From Candidatus Uhrbacteria bacterium (lineage in GTDB: Bacteria > Patescibacteriota > Patescibacteriia > UBA9934 > GWF2-40-263): a DNA stretch of 64,000 nucleotides. The stretch is taken from positions 18,606 through 82,605 of the forward strand of contig JACPHX010000003.1 of assembly GCA_016188425.1 (NCBI GenBank), written 5' to 3'. A program made the position numbers and the translations under genes. Shown here piece after piece: positions 28,454-37,969 of the stretch. Below the pieces are notes generated by a model. That model ran no database searches. It saw only the letters and a program-made list of their open reading frames with translations, and was not told the DNA's origin. Each line of letters begins with the position of its first letter. Position 1 is the stretch's first letter.

Positions 28454-30718
28454 ATGGCAAAAGATTCAAACAATAAAACGGTCGAAACATTTGAAAAGCA
28501 ACTTTTTAAAGCTGCAGACAAACTACGCAAAAATATTGATGCTGCAGAATACAAGCACGTTGTGCTCGGCCTTGTTTTTCTTAAATATATTTCGGACTCC
28601 TTCGAAGAACTCTACAACAAATTGAAGGAAGGCAAGGGCGAATACGAAGGCGCTGACCCAGAGGATCAAGACGAGTACCGTGCTCAGAATGTTTTCTGGG
28701 TGCCACAAAATGCTCGATGGTCTTACCTCCATTCTCGTGCAAAGCTTCCAACGATAGGAACTGATCTCGATGAAGCAATGGAACTTATCGAGAAGGAGAA
28801 CCCAACCCTAAAGGGCATTTTGGCAAAGGTCTATGCAAAACCGAATCTTGATAAAGCTGCGCTTGGCGGACTGATTGACCTAATCAGCAATACTGCGCTT
28901 GGAAGTGAAGCTGCGAAGTCAAAAGATCTTCTCGGCCGAGTCTATGAATATTTCCTCGGTGAATTCGCTAATGCTGAAGGTAAAAAAGGCGGACAATTCT
29001 ATACACCGAAAGCAATTGTAAGACTGCTGGTTGAAATGATTGAACCATACAAAGGGCGTGTATATGACCCTTGCTGCGGATCAGGCGGGATGTTTGTTAT
29101 GAGCGAAAAATTCGTACTCGAACATTCTGGGCGTCTCGACGATGTATCTATTTACGGACAAGAAAGCAATCAAACCACATACAGATTGAGCCGTATGAAT
29201 ATGGCTATTCGCGGTATTGATGGTTCACAAATCAAATGGAACAGCGAGGGTTCATTTTTGAAAGATGCACATCCTGATTTGAAAGCAGATTATATTATTG
29301 CAAATCCTCCATTCAATCAGTCTGACTGGGGGCAAGAAATACTGCGAAACGATCCTCGTTGGCAATTCGGGCTTCCTCCTGCAAGTAATGCCAATTTTGG
29401 CTGGATGCAACACATGATTTACCACCTTGCTCCCCACGGAGTAATGGGTCTTGTTCTCGCAAACGGCTCGTTATCATCCAACTCCTCTGGGGAGGGTGAA
29501 ATTAGACAACGAATGATCGAGGCGGATTTAGTCGATTGCATAGTAAGTCTTCCTACTCAACTTTTCTATAATACTGGAATTTCGGCATGCTTATGGTTTA
29601 TATCTAGGAAACGCAGTGGCAATGGTGATCGTAAACGTACAGGAGAAATACTATTTATAGATGCGAGTGAAATGGGTCACATGATTGATAGCACCCATCG
29701 CGAATTTACTGACGCTGATGTTGCTAAGGTATCTAGTATTTATCATGAATGGAGAAAGGACGGAGGAAGTTATAGCGATGAAAAGGGATTGTGTAAATCA
29801 GGCTCAATTAAGGATATCGAAAAACATCACTTCGTGTTGACTCCAAGTCGATACGTTGGAGTGGCAGATGATCAGAATAGCAAGATACCCTTTGAGTTTC
29901 AAATTGAAAATCTGAATAAATTCGGCAAGGAGCAAGCTAGAATTGAATCAATATTAAATCAGGAAATAATTGAAAGTATTAAATATTTCTGCCCAAATTA
30001 CGATTGGGCGAATACCAATTTTTTGTCTACTGAAATCTTAGAACAAATTACACAGATGCTGTTCAAAGAATGGTTTCTCGAATTCAATTTTTTGGATGAT
30101 AACGGAAAACCTTATAAAAAAAGTGGTGGGGAGATGATAGAAAATGATTTCGGCCTGATTCCTAAAGGATGGAGTATTGGGAAAGTCGGAGAGATTATTG
30201 ATATTTTTGATTCACAAAGAATCCCGTTGTCTTCACGAGAAAGAACGAAGCGTAAAGGTGAATACCGCTATTACGGGGCAACGTCAATAATGGATTATGT
30301 GGACGACTATTTGTTTGAGGGAATCTATCTCCTTTTAGGAGAAGACGGATCGGTTATCGATGATAAAGGATATCCAATCTTGCAGTATGTTTGGGGGAAA
30401 TTTTGGGTCAACAATCACGCGCATGTTTTGCAAGGTAAGAATGGTTACAGTACAGAGATGCTTTATTTGCTTTTCAAAAACACGAGAGTGGCTGGCATTG
30501 TTAACGGCGCCGTGCAGTTAAAAATTAACCAAGGGAACTTACTAGGTTTGGAGATCGTTATTCCTGAGAGAAAAATCCTAGATACCTTTTGTGAAAAAAT
30601 TTCTCCAATTTTTAAGAAAATTAGGTTCATGCACGACCAACTAAAAAATCTTGCATCAATCAATAAAAATGAAGAGCCTCAGTACGTTGAAGGACAGAGT
30701 AAAACTAATATTTCATAA
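28454..30718 (+). CDS. hsdM: Type I restriction-modification HsdM (N6-adenine MTase) fused to an HsdS-like target-recognition domain
   Basis: HsdM N-domain (HVVLGLVFLKYISD), motif I DPCCGSGGMF, motif IV IIANPPFN. The C-terminal ~300 aa carry an HsdS TRD-like region (KGWSIGKVGEIIDIFDSQRIP...). Confidence 0.85.
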   Translation: MAKDSNNKTVETFEKQLFKAADKLRKNIDAAEYKHVVLGLVFLKYISDSFEELYNKLKEGKGEYEGADPEDQDEYRAQNVFWVPQNARWSYLHSRAKLPTIGTDLDEAMELIEKENPTLKGILAKVYAKPNLDKAALGGLIDLISNTALGSEAAKSKDLLGRVYEYFLGEFANAEGKKGGQFYTPKAIVRLLVEMIEPYKGRVYDPCCGSGGMFVMSEKFVLEHSGRLDDVSIYGQESNQTTYRLSRMNMAIRGIDGSQIKWNSEGSFLKDAHPDLKADYIIANPPFNQSDWGQEILRNDPRWQFGLPPASNANFGWMQHMIYHLAPHGVMGLVLANGSLSSNSSGEGEIRQRMIEADLVDCIVSLPTQLFYNTGISACLWFISRKRSGNGDRKRTGEILFIDASEMGHMIDSTHREFTDADVAKVSSIYHEWRKDGGSYSDEKGLCKSGSIKDIEKHHFVLTPSRYVGVADDQNSKIPFEFQIENLNKFGKEQARIESILNQEIIESIKYFCPNYDWANTNFLSTEILEQITQMLFKEWFLEFNFLDDNGKPYKKSGGEMIENDFGLIPKGWSIGKVGEIIDIFDSQRIPLSSRERTKRKGEYRYYGATSIMDYVDDYLFEGIYLLLGEDGSVIDDKGYPILQYVWGKFWVNNHAHVLQGKNGYSTEMLYLLFKNTRVAGIVNGAVQLKINQGNLLGLEIVIPERKILDTFCEKISPIFKKIRFMHDQLKNLASINKNEEPQYVEGQSKTNIS

Positions 30719-30726
30719 TAATTCTT

Positions 30727-31251
30727 ATGGCAGAAATTTTTCAAAGTATCATAAATTTTTTTAACCACCCTGTCTTCATTATTGTTGGAGGTGTCACTGT
30801 TACCTTGGGTTTTCTTGGAATTATCTACAAAATACTTTGCTGGACTTTCGGGATCACTCCTATCGTCATCAGATTAGGCATCGCTTTATGGAAAAGAAAG
30901 GTTGCTATTTTTGGATCAGCTGATGCATACGCAAGCCTAGAGGCAACCCTTACTGATTCTGGAATATTTAAAAAATCAATCCACATTACTTCTGATAATG
31001 TTGATAAAGCTAAGAGCGAAACGATCTTCCTAGTGGACTGGGAAACATTCGGCGACAAAATAGATCAGGTATTCACCGCTAGAACCAACCACCAAACGGC
31101 AATTGTTATTTTTGCAAAACCAGCAAGCATTCCGAACGATAAAATGGCCGACATAGCCAATCGTGCAAATACGGTTGTCGTAAATTTTAGAGGACGTCTT
31201 TTGAACGATATTCTGACCTCATTAATTACAACGAGTTATGAAAAGAACTGA
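30727..31251 (+). CDS. Hypothetical protein with an N-terminal TM segment
   Basis: VFIIVGGVTVTLGFLGIIYKILCWTFGITPIVIRLGIAL is hydrophobic. The gene overlaps the downstream NTase gene by 14 nt, suggesting one operon. Confidence 0.45.
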   Translation: MAEIFQSIINFFNHPVFIIVGGVTVTLGFLGIIYKILCWTFGITPIVIRLGIALWKRKVAIFGSADAYASLEATLTDSGIFKKSIHITSDNVDKAKSETIFLVDWETFGDKIDQVFTARTNHQTAIVIFAKPASIPNDKMADIANRANTVVVNFRGRLLNDILTSLITTSYEKN

Positions 31252-32560
31252 GTTTAATACAAAATTCCGCCAGCACACACGAGAAAAACTTTCTCCTACA
31301 CAAAGAGAGAAAGATTTTGTTAGCGCGCTGTATGCAGAATTACAAAAGGTGCTTGGTGTAAATAATTGTATTCAAATCGGTTCATATCCAAGATTCACTG
31401 CTCATACGCCGCTTCACGACCTAGATGTGTTGTATTTTGCTGGGCAGTACGACCCTCGCGGAGTAAATCCAACAAATATTCTCAGTGATTTGAAAAAAGC
31501 CATTGATAGAGACTTTGTTAACCCGACCAGTTACAACGTGAGTTCTTCTCTCCAAACGCATTCTGTCACAATGAGTTTTGCCTCTAGTGGTCAGGAAGTA
31601 TTTGCAATTGATATCGTCCCTGCATACATTTCTGAAACAAAAAATGAATTCGGAGACGATACTTATTGGGTTCCTGAAATAATGACAGTGGGACATTCGA
31701 AACGTAAATCAATGTACGAGCAGCACTTGAGGGATCATATGGCGATTGAATGGATCAAGTCTGATCCACGAGGCTATATTAAAGTCGCTCAGGAATTAAA
31801 CTCTCAAAATGACGATTTCCGAAAAGCCGTGAAATTCGTTAAGGCGTGGAAACATGGTTGCAAAAAAATAGACGATACTTTCAAACTGAAATCTTTTCAT
31901 GTTGAGCAGATAATTACACAATATTTTCAGCAAGATAGTAGTCTCGATCTGATAGGTGCAATCTTTAAATTCTTTTGTGATCTTGAATCAATTATTTCTC
32001 AACCTCAAATTCGCGATCGAGCAAATTCCACGAAATATATTGATGATTATTTGAATGAATTAAATCCCGAACAAAAACGTAAAATACTGGAAGCTCGAGA
32101 CTTCTTCATGAACAAACTCGAAAGGCACACGGAAGCCTCACCTATGCCGATACTACTCGTGGGCGGTTTTTATGAACGGAAGAGTGATTCTGAACAATTC
32201 CTATACGACCTTAGCATCCCCACTTTTATCGAGGATCAATACGATTTTGTCGTGGATGGTAAGGTTGAAAAAAAAGATGGATTTAGGGGTGGTTATTGGT
32301 TGAGTGAAAACCAAGACAAGGCTCCGACTGGATTAAAGATTTATTTCCAATTAAGAAAAGATAATACAGGCGCTCCACTCTGTAAGTGGAAGGTCAAAAA
32401 TCACGATAATTGTGAACAACCACGCGGAGAACTAAATGATCACAGAACGAGGAATCATCCTGAATCTACAGCCTACAAAGGTGAACATTATGTCGAATGC
32501 TATGCCATTAAAAATGGGGCATGCGTGGCACGACATAAACGCAGTGTAATAATCCATTAG
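31238..32560 (+). CDS. Pol-beta superfamily nucleotidyltransferase, cGAS/DncV/OAS-like candidate (CD-NTase-like)
   Basis: IGSYPRFTAHTPLHDLDV (GS-x11-DxD). Third acidic position EVFAIDIVPA. The helical-domain motif KAVKFVKAWKHG resembles the hhKhW of OAS/cGAS-like enzymes. Family assignment is tentative. Confidence 0.55.
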   Translation: MKRTEFNTKFRQHTREKLSPTQREKDFVSALYAELQKVLGVNNCIQIGSYPRFTAHTPLHDLDVLYFAGQYDPRGVNPTNILSDLKKAIDRDFVNPTSYNVSSSLQTHSVTMSFASSGQEVFAIDIVPAYISETKNEFGDDTYWVPEIMTVGHSKRKSMYEQHLRDHMAIEWIKSDPRGYIKVAQELNSQNDDFRKAVKFVKAWKHGCKKIDDTFKLKSFHVEQIITQYFQQDSSLDLIGAIFKFFCDLESIISQPQIRDRANSTKYIDDYLNELNPEQKRKILEARDFFMNKLERHTEASPMPILLVGGFYERKSDSEQFLYDLSIPTFIEDQYDFVVDGKVEKKDGFRGGYWLSENQDKAPTGLKIYFQLRKDNTGAPLCKWKVKNHDNCEQPRGELNDHRTRNHPESTAYKGEHYVECYAIKNGACVARHKRSVIIH

Positions 32561-32564
32561 TCTT

Positions 32565-34076
32565 ATGAAAACTTTACAAATCCCATCGCCAAATTCTGGA
32601 GGAATGACCTCTCTCTCAATTGAGAAGAGCTTAGTTGTTGTTGGAGCGAATGGATCTGGAAAAACACGATTTGGTTCTAAAATTGAACAATCAAATAACC
32701 CTTCAAAAAGAATTTCTGCACAAAGATATTTACAGCTCAACGAAACAGTTCAGAAACAGGACTTTGAGACGGCTTTCAACCAATTGAATAGTGGCTATAA
32801 GAATCAGTCACCCATTCAACCACAGAACGACTATCAGCAAGTACTGGTATCACTTTTTGCTCAGGAATCACGAAGAAACGAAGAGGTTGTGATGACTATT
32901 CAGCAAAAAGGAAGCGTCTCAAAGGAGAGCCTTGCAAAATCCATCAAAGAACAGGTGGTTGAAGTTTGGAACTTTGTTTTCCCATACCGAACATTAAAAT
33001 TAGAAAAAGATAGGATTCGTGCTGTTAGCGAGTCGGGCGAATTCTCTGGAGCCGAAATGAGCGATGGCGAAAAGGTTGGGTTATATTTAATTTCCCAGAC
33101 GCTTTTAGCAGAAAAAGATTGTTTACTTATCATCGATGAGCCTGAACTTCATTTGCACAAGGCTTTAATGGTGAGGCTTTGGAATAAACTTGAAGAATAT
33201 AGAAAAGACTGTGCCTTTGTTTATATAACCCACGATCTTGATTTTGCTGTTAGTAAACCATCAAGCAAATTGATCTGGATCAAGAGCTTTCAGAATTCAA
33301 CATGGAACTGGAATGAGTTAGAAGCCAATGGAATCATTCCAGAAAATCTTTATCTTGAAGTTCTTGGTAGTAGAAAATCAATACTGTTTGTAGAAGGAGA
33401 AAAAGGCTCATTGGATGCGCAGATTTACCAAGCATACTATGATAATTTCACAGTTATCCCAAGAGGGTCGTGCGAAAAAGTAATCGAATCGGTTAAGGGG
33501 CTGAGAGAGAATGCGGGCTTGCATGACAAGCAAGTTTTTGGATTAATCGATCGAGATTTCCGCTCCGAAGAACAGATTCAATCTCTACAAGCTGATAGCG
33601 TATTTAGCATTTCTCTTAACGAAATAGAGAATCTTTTTTTGCTACCAGAGGTAGTTCAGTTAGTCTGTGATCACCTTTCCAAATCAGACAAAAAAGAGGA
33701 GATATTCTCTCAGATTAGAGGACATTATGAGACCAATAAGGAGCAGATAAATTTTGCTGCATCGAAATTTTCTATTCAACGCATGTTGAATGAAAGATTT
33801 GGTTCAGTAAAAAACCAAGAACAGTACAACAGCTTCAAGGAAACTATTGTAACTGAAATGGACAAGCTATTGTCATCGGGAACGCTTCCAGAAAAAGATG
33901 CTGAAATAATTGAAATATTGAAGATATATCCTCACAAGGGGCTTGTAAGGCAGGTGCAAACAGTGATCGAACTCTCAAAAAATGGATTTACAAACCTCGT
34001 GCTAAGTTTTCTCTCCTCTGACAAGCGACAGAATCTTATCGAGATTTTGAAATCACATTTTCCAGAAATTAAATAA
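32565..34076 (+). CDS. OLD/PARIS-like protein: ABC-type ATPase fused to a TOPRIM/DUF4435-like nuclease domain
   Basis: Walker A GANGSGKTR, signature-like MSDGEK, Walker B LLIIDEPELHLH, H-loop YITHD. C-terminal ILFVEGEKGS (Glu), GLIDRDFR (DxD) and EIENLFLLPE are typical of OLD-family TOPRIM / DUF4435. Confidence 0.65.
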   Translation: MKTLQIPSPNSGGMTSLSIEKSLVVVGANGSGKTRFGSKIEQSNNPSKRISAQRYLQLNETVQKQDFETAFNQLNSGYKNQSPIQPQNDYQQVLVSLFAQESRRNEEVVMTIQQKGSVSKESLAKSIKEQVVEVWNFVFPYRTLKLEKDRIRAVSESGEFSGAEMSDGEKVGLYLISQTLLAEKDCLLIIDEPELHLHKALMVRLWNKLEEYRKDCAFVYITHDLDFAVSKPSSKLIWIKSFQNSTWNWNELEANGIIPENLYLEVLGSRKSILFVEGEKGSLDAQIYQAYYDNFTVIPRGSCEKVIESVKGLRENAGLHDKQVFGLIDRDFRSEEQIQSLQADSVFSISLNEIENLFLLPEVVQLVCDHLSKSDKKEEIFSQIRGHYETNKEQINFAASKFSIQRMLNERFGSVKNQEQYNSFKETIVTEMDKLLSSGTLPEKDAEIIEILKIYPHKGLVRQVQTVIELSKNGFTNLVLSFLSSDKRQNLIEILKSHFPEIK

Positions 34077-34083
34077 TAAATCT

Positions 34084-37000
34084 ATGACTCACATCTACGA
34101 ATCAGACGTCGAACTACTGGCTATAGAAACCCTAGAATCACTTGGGTACGGCTATCTTGCACCCGAAGTCCAAGAAGCAGAACGCCAAGGGCTTACTGAG
34201 GTAGTTTTGAAGGATCGGCTTATTAGCGCCATCGCCAAGATCAATCCGAAGGCAACAAACGATGCTCGTCAGCAAGCGCTCCGTGCCGTTTTGAATATGC
34301 CAAGCCAAAACCTCATTGATAACAATGAGGCGTTCCACCGCATGCTCACCGATGGCGTGGAGGTTGAGTCCTATGCAAACGGTGAAACAAAAGGCGACAA
34401 GATTTGGCTTGTTGATTTTGAGCACCCAGAAAACAATGAATTCCTCGTCTGTAGCCAGTTCACTGTAATGCATGACAATAACCATAAACGTCCAGACATC
34501 GTCCTGCTTGTGAACGGTTTGCCGCTCGTAGTTATCGAGCTCAAAAACCCTACGGACGAAAACGCTACGGTCAAAAAAGCTTTCACACAGCTACAAAACT
34601 ACAAGACGGCCGTGCCTCAACTGTTCAACTACAACGGCATTCTCGTGGCGTCTGATGGACTCGATGCAAAAGCAGGTTCACTGACTGCCTCCTTTTCCCG
34701 TTTCCTCGCGTGGAAAACCATTGATGGTGTCAAAGAAGATAAAGTTACCATTCCGCAAATGGAGACGTTGATCAATGGAATGCTCCGCCCAACCGTACTA
34801 CTTGACCTCATCAAACAATTTACGGTTTTTGAAAAAAGCAAAAAGGAAGATGCTGTCACGGGCTTAACCCAGATCGAAACTGTAAAGAAAATCGCTGCAT
34901 ATCACCAATATTACGCCGTTAATAAAGCGGTCGAATCCACTCAGGGAGCAGCCAGCGAAAAAGGAAGCCGAAAAGCTGGTGTGGTTTGGCATACGCAAGG
35001 ATCTGGAAAATCGTTATCGATGGTTTTTTACGCAGGCAAAATTGTTCTAACGTTGAAGAACCCCACAATCGTTGTTATTACCGACCGTAACGATCTCGAC
35101 GACCAGCTCTTTGATACTTTTGCGGGTTGCAAACAGCTTCTGCGTCAAGACCCAGTGCAAGCGGAAAACCGTGGACAACTCAAAGAATTACTCAAGACCT
35201 CTGGTGGCGGCATCATCTTTACCACCATTCAAAAGTTTTCACCTGAAGATGGGTCTACGGTGTTTGACATGCTCTCCGATCGCAAAAATATTGTAGTCAT
35301 CGCTGATGAGGCACATCGCAGTCAATATGGATTTGGAGCGAAGACGCACATTAAGGATGGTGAAGCGCACACGAAATACGGGTTTGCTAAATACCTACGT
35401 GATGCTCTTCCAAGTGCGTCCTTCATTGGATTTACTGGAACGCCAATCGAAAAAGAAGATGTTTCTACGCCTGCAGTATTTGGCCACTACATCGATGTAT
35501 ACGATATCGAGCAGGCCGTTGAAGACGGTGCAACTGTTCGAATTTACTATGAATCACGATTAGCGCGAGTTCACCTCAAAGAGGAAGAGGCAGCTAAACT
35601 CGATGCCGAAGTTGAAGCGCTCACTGAAGGCGAAGAATCTACATCAAAAGATAAGGCCATGGCTAAATGGACTCAGCTTGAGGCCATTGTTGGGCATAAA
35701 GATCGCCTGAAAATTATCGCCAAAGATATTGTTGATCACTTCAGCAAACGTCAGGAAGTCTTTGAGGGTAAAGGAATGATCGTGGCCATGAGTCGCCGCA
35801 TTGCTGTTGAATTGTACGAAGAGATTATCAAACTGAAACCTGAATGGCACAGTGACGACAAGAAAAAGGGTGTGATTAAAGTCGTCATGACTTCCAGTTC
35901 TAGCGACCCAGAAAACTGGCAGAAACATCACACCACCAAACAGGAACGCAAAGAACTTGGCGATCGAATCAAGAATCCAAATGATGAGCTTCAATTGGTG
36001 ATCGTTCGTGACATGTGGCTTACTGGCTTCGATGCGCCGTGTCTCCACACCATGTACATCGATAAAGCCATGGAGGGACACAACCTCATGCAGGCGATTG
36101 CCCGCGTGAATCGAGTATTTAAAGATAAACCTGGTGGTCTTATCGTAGACTACATCGGTATTGCCTCCGATCTTAAAACCGCGCTTGCTACCTACACCGA
36201 AAACGGTGGTCAGGGTGCACCAACTCTTGATCAAGCAGACGCCGTTGCAACCATGCTCGAAAAGTTCGAGGTCGTTACTCAAATGTTCGATGGCTTTGAA
36301 TATCGGCCATATTTTACGGCCAATACCAAAGCAAAAATGACAACCATTCTCGAGGCGCAAGAATTCGTGCTCGGTCTTGATGACGGCAAAAATCGTTTCA
36401 CCAAACAAGTAGGACTTCTCTCAAAAGCTTTTGCCCTTTCGGTGCCAGATGAAAGAGCCATGGAGATCAAGGATGACGTCGCATTCTTTCAGGCCGTAAA
36501 AGCACGCCTCACAAAGTTTGAACCGACCGATGGCGAACGGAGCGATGATGATATCGAGACAGCTATTCGCCAAATCGTGGACAAGGCTGTAGTGGCCGAG
36601 GGCATGGTTGATATCTTCGATGCTGCAGGTATTAAAAAACCTGACATCTCCATTCTCTCCGATGAGTTCATGGAAGAAATTAAGGGCATGGAACGTAAGA
36701 ACCTCGCGCTGGAACTCTTGAAAAAGATTCTTGGTGATGAAATCAAAAGCCGAGGAAAGAAAAACTTCATTCAGAGTAAGAAGCTTTCTGAGATGCTCGA
36801 GATGGCAATTAAGAAGTACCAAAACAACCTTCTTACTGCAGCGCAAGTTATTGATGAGCTTATTAAGCTGGCAAAAGATATCAAAGAATCTGATGCGAGA
36901 GGCAGCGGACTCGGACTCAACAGCGATGAAATTGCTTTCTACGATGCCTTGATGATCAATGGAAGCGCCATGGCCATTCTTGGCGATGACAAGTTGCGTG

Positions 37001-37200
37001 ATCTTGCTCGCATTCTTGTCGAAAAAGTAAGAGCAAATACTACGATCGACTGGACAATAAAGGAAAGCGTTCAGGCACGTCTTCGAGTTATTGTTAAGCG
37101 CATTCTTAATCAATACGGATATCCACCAGACAAGCAGAAACTCGCTACAGAAAACATCCTGAAACAAGCAGAGCTTCTTGCTGAAGACTGGGGTAACTAA
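34084..37200 (+). CDS. hsdR: Type I restriction enzyme R subunit HsdR
   Basis: 1038 aa with N-terminal nuclease domain, helicase motif I HTQGSGKS, DEAH box IVVIADEAHRSQ, later helicase motifs, and a C-terminal helical domain. Confidence 0.9.
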   Translation: MTHIYESDVELLAIETLESLGYGYLAPEVQEAERQGLTEVVLKDRLISAIAKINPKATNDARQQALRAVLNMPSQNLIDNNEAFHRMLTDGVEVESYANGETKGDKIWLVDFEHPENNEFLVCSQFTVMHDNNHKRPDIVLLVNGLPLVVIELKNPTDENATVKKAFTQLQNYKTAVPQLFNYNGILVASDGLDAKAGSLTASFSRFLAWKTIDGVKEDKVTIPQMETLINGMLRPTVLLDLIKQFTVFEKSKKEDAVTGLTQIETVKKIAAYHQYYAVNKAVESTQGAASEKGSRKAGVVWHTQGSGKSLSMVFYAGKIVLTLKNPTIVVITDRNDLDDQLFDTFAGCKQLLRQDPVQAENRGQLKELLKTSGGGIIFTTIQKFSPEDGSTVFDMLSDRKNIVVIADEAHRSQYGFGAKTHIKDGEAHTKYGFAKYLRDALPSASFIGFTGTPIEKEDVSTPAVFGHYIDVYDIEQAVEDGATVRIYYESRLARVHLKEEEAAKLDAEVEALTEGEESTSKDKAMAKWTQLEAIVGHKDRLKIIAKDIVDHFSKRQEVFEGKGMIVAMSRRIAVELYEEIIKLKPEWHSDDKKKGVIKVVMTSSSSDPENWQKHHTTKQERKELGDRIKNPNDELQLVIVRDMWLTGFDAPCLHTMYIDKAMEGHNLMQAIARVNRVFKDKPGGLIVDYIGIASDLKTALATYTENGGQGAPTLDQADAVATMLEKFEVVTQMFDGFEYRPYFTANTKAKMTTILEAQEFVLGLDDGKNRFTKQVGLLSKAFALSVPDERAMEIKDDVAFFQAVKARLTKFEPTDGERSDDDIETAIRQIVDKAVVAEGMVDIFDAAGIKKPDISILSDEFMEEIKGMERKNLALELLKKILGDEIKSRGKKNFIQSKKLSEMLEMAIKKYQNNLLTAAQVIDELIKLAKDIKESDARGSGLGLNSDEIAFYDALMINGSAMAILGDDKLRDLARILVEKVRANTTIDWTIKESVQARLRVIVKRILNQYGYPPDKQKLATENILKQAELLAEDWGN

Positions 37201-37207
37201 AATAACT

Positions 37208-37969
37208 ATGTCGGAATACTACACACCACAACGCACTCGAAATCTGTACGATCCAAAAGATACTGAGCCGTTCAAGCTCAGCCGCTCGAAGATCGACCTG
37301 TTTTTGAGCTGCCCTCGGTGTTTCTATTTCGACCGCAAACTTGGCGTAGGTCGCCCGCCTGGTTTTCCGTTTTCACTGAACAGTGCAGTGGATGCATTGC
37401 TAAAAAAGGAGTTCGACATTCACCGTAGCGCTGGGACTAAACACGCTTTGATCGAAAAATACGGAGTCGACGCACGCCCTATTCCCCACGAAGACTTGGC
37501 CAAGTGGCGCCATAACTTCACTGGCATTCAGTACGTCCACGAACCGACAAATCTTCTCATTTACGGTGCGATCGATGACCTTTGGCAGAACTCCAAGGGT
37601 GAATACATCGTCGTGGATTATAAAGCCACTGCAAAAGAGGGCGATATAACCGAACTCGATAAGGCTTGGCATGACGGCTACAAGCGCCAGATGGAAGTGT
37701 ACCAATGGCTGTTGCGGCGAAGAGGGCTCACGGTGTCTGATACAGGCTACTTCGTGTATTGCAACGGCAAGGCCGATCGTGTCGCCTTTGATGGCAAGCT
37801 GGAGTTTGATGTGACACTCATTCCCTACACGGGAAATGATAGCTGGGTAGAAAATGCCGTTATCGGTGCCCATAACTGCCTTAATGCCGACATTATTCCC
37901 GAAGCTGCGGAAGGCTGTGACTACTGCGCCTACGTGAACGCTATTAACCAACAAAACTATGGACGATGA
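37208..37969 (+). CDS. Cas4-like PD-(D/E)xK nuclease with terminal Cys motifs
   Basis: AIDDLW...GEYIVVDYKA is a D..E.K motif. N-terminal CPRCFYF and C-terminal GCDYCAY are Cys pairs typical of Cas4/DUF83 Fe-S nucleases. Confidence 0.6.
   Translation: MSEYYTPQRTRNLYDPKDTEPFKLSRSKIDLFLSCPRCFYFDRKLGVGRPPGFPFSLNSAVDALLKKEFDIHRSAGTKHALIEKYGVDARPIPHEDLAKWRHNFTGIQYVHEPTNLLIYGAIDDLWQNSKGEYIVVDYKATAKEGDITELDKAWHDGYKRQMEVYQWLLRRRGLTVSDTGYFVYCNGKADRVAFDGKLEFDVTLIPYTGNDSWVENAVIGAHNCLNADIIPEAAEGCDYCAYVNAINQQNYGR

Noticed and set aside
35644-37167. Minus-strand ORFs 35644-36408 and 36421-37167
   Set aside because: Antisense to hsdR, whose helicase motifs are on the plus strand.
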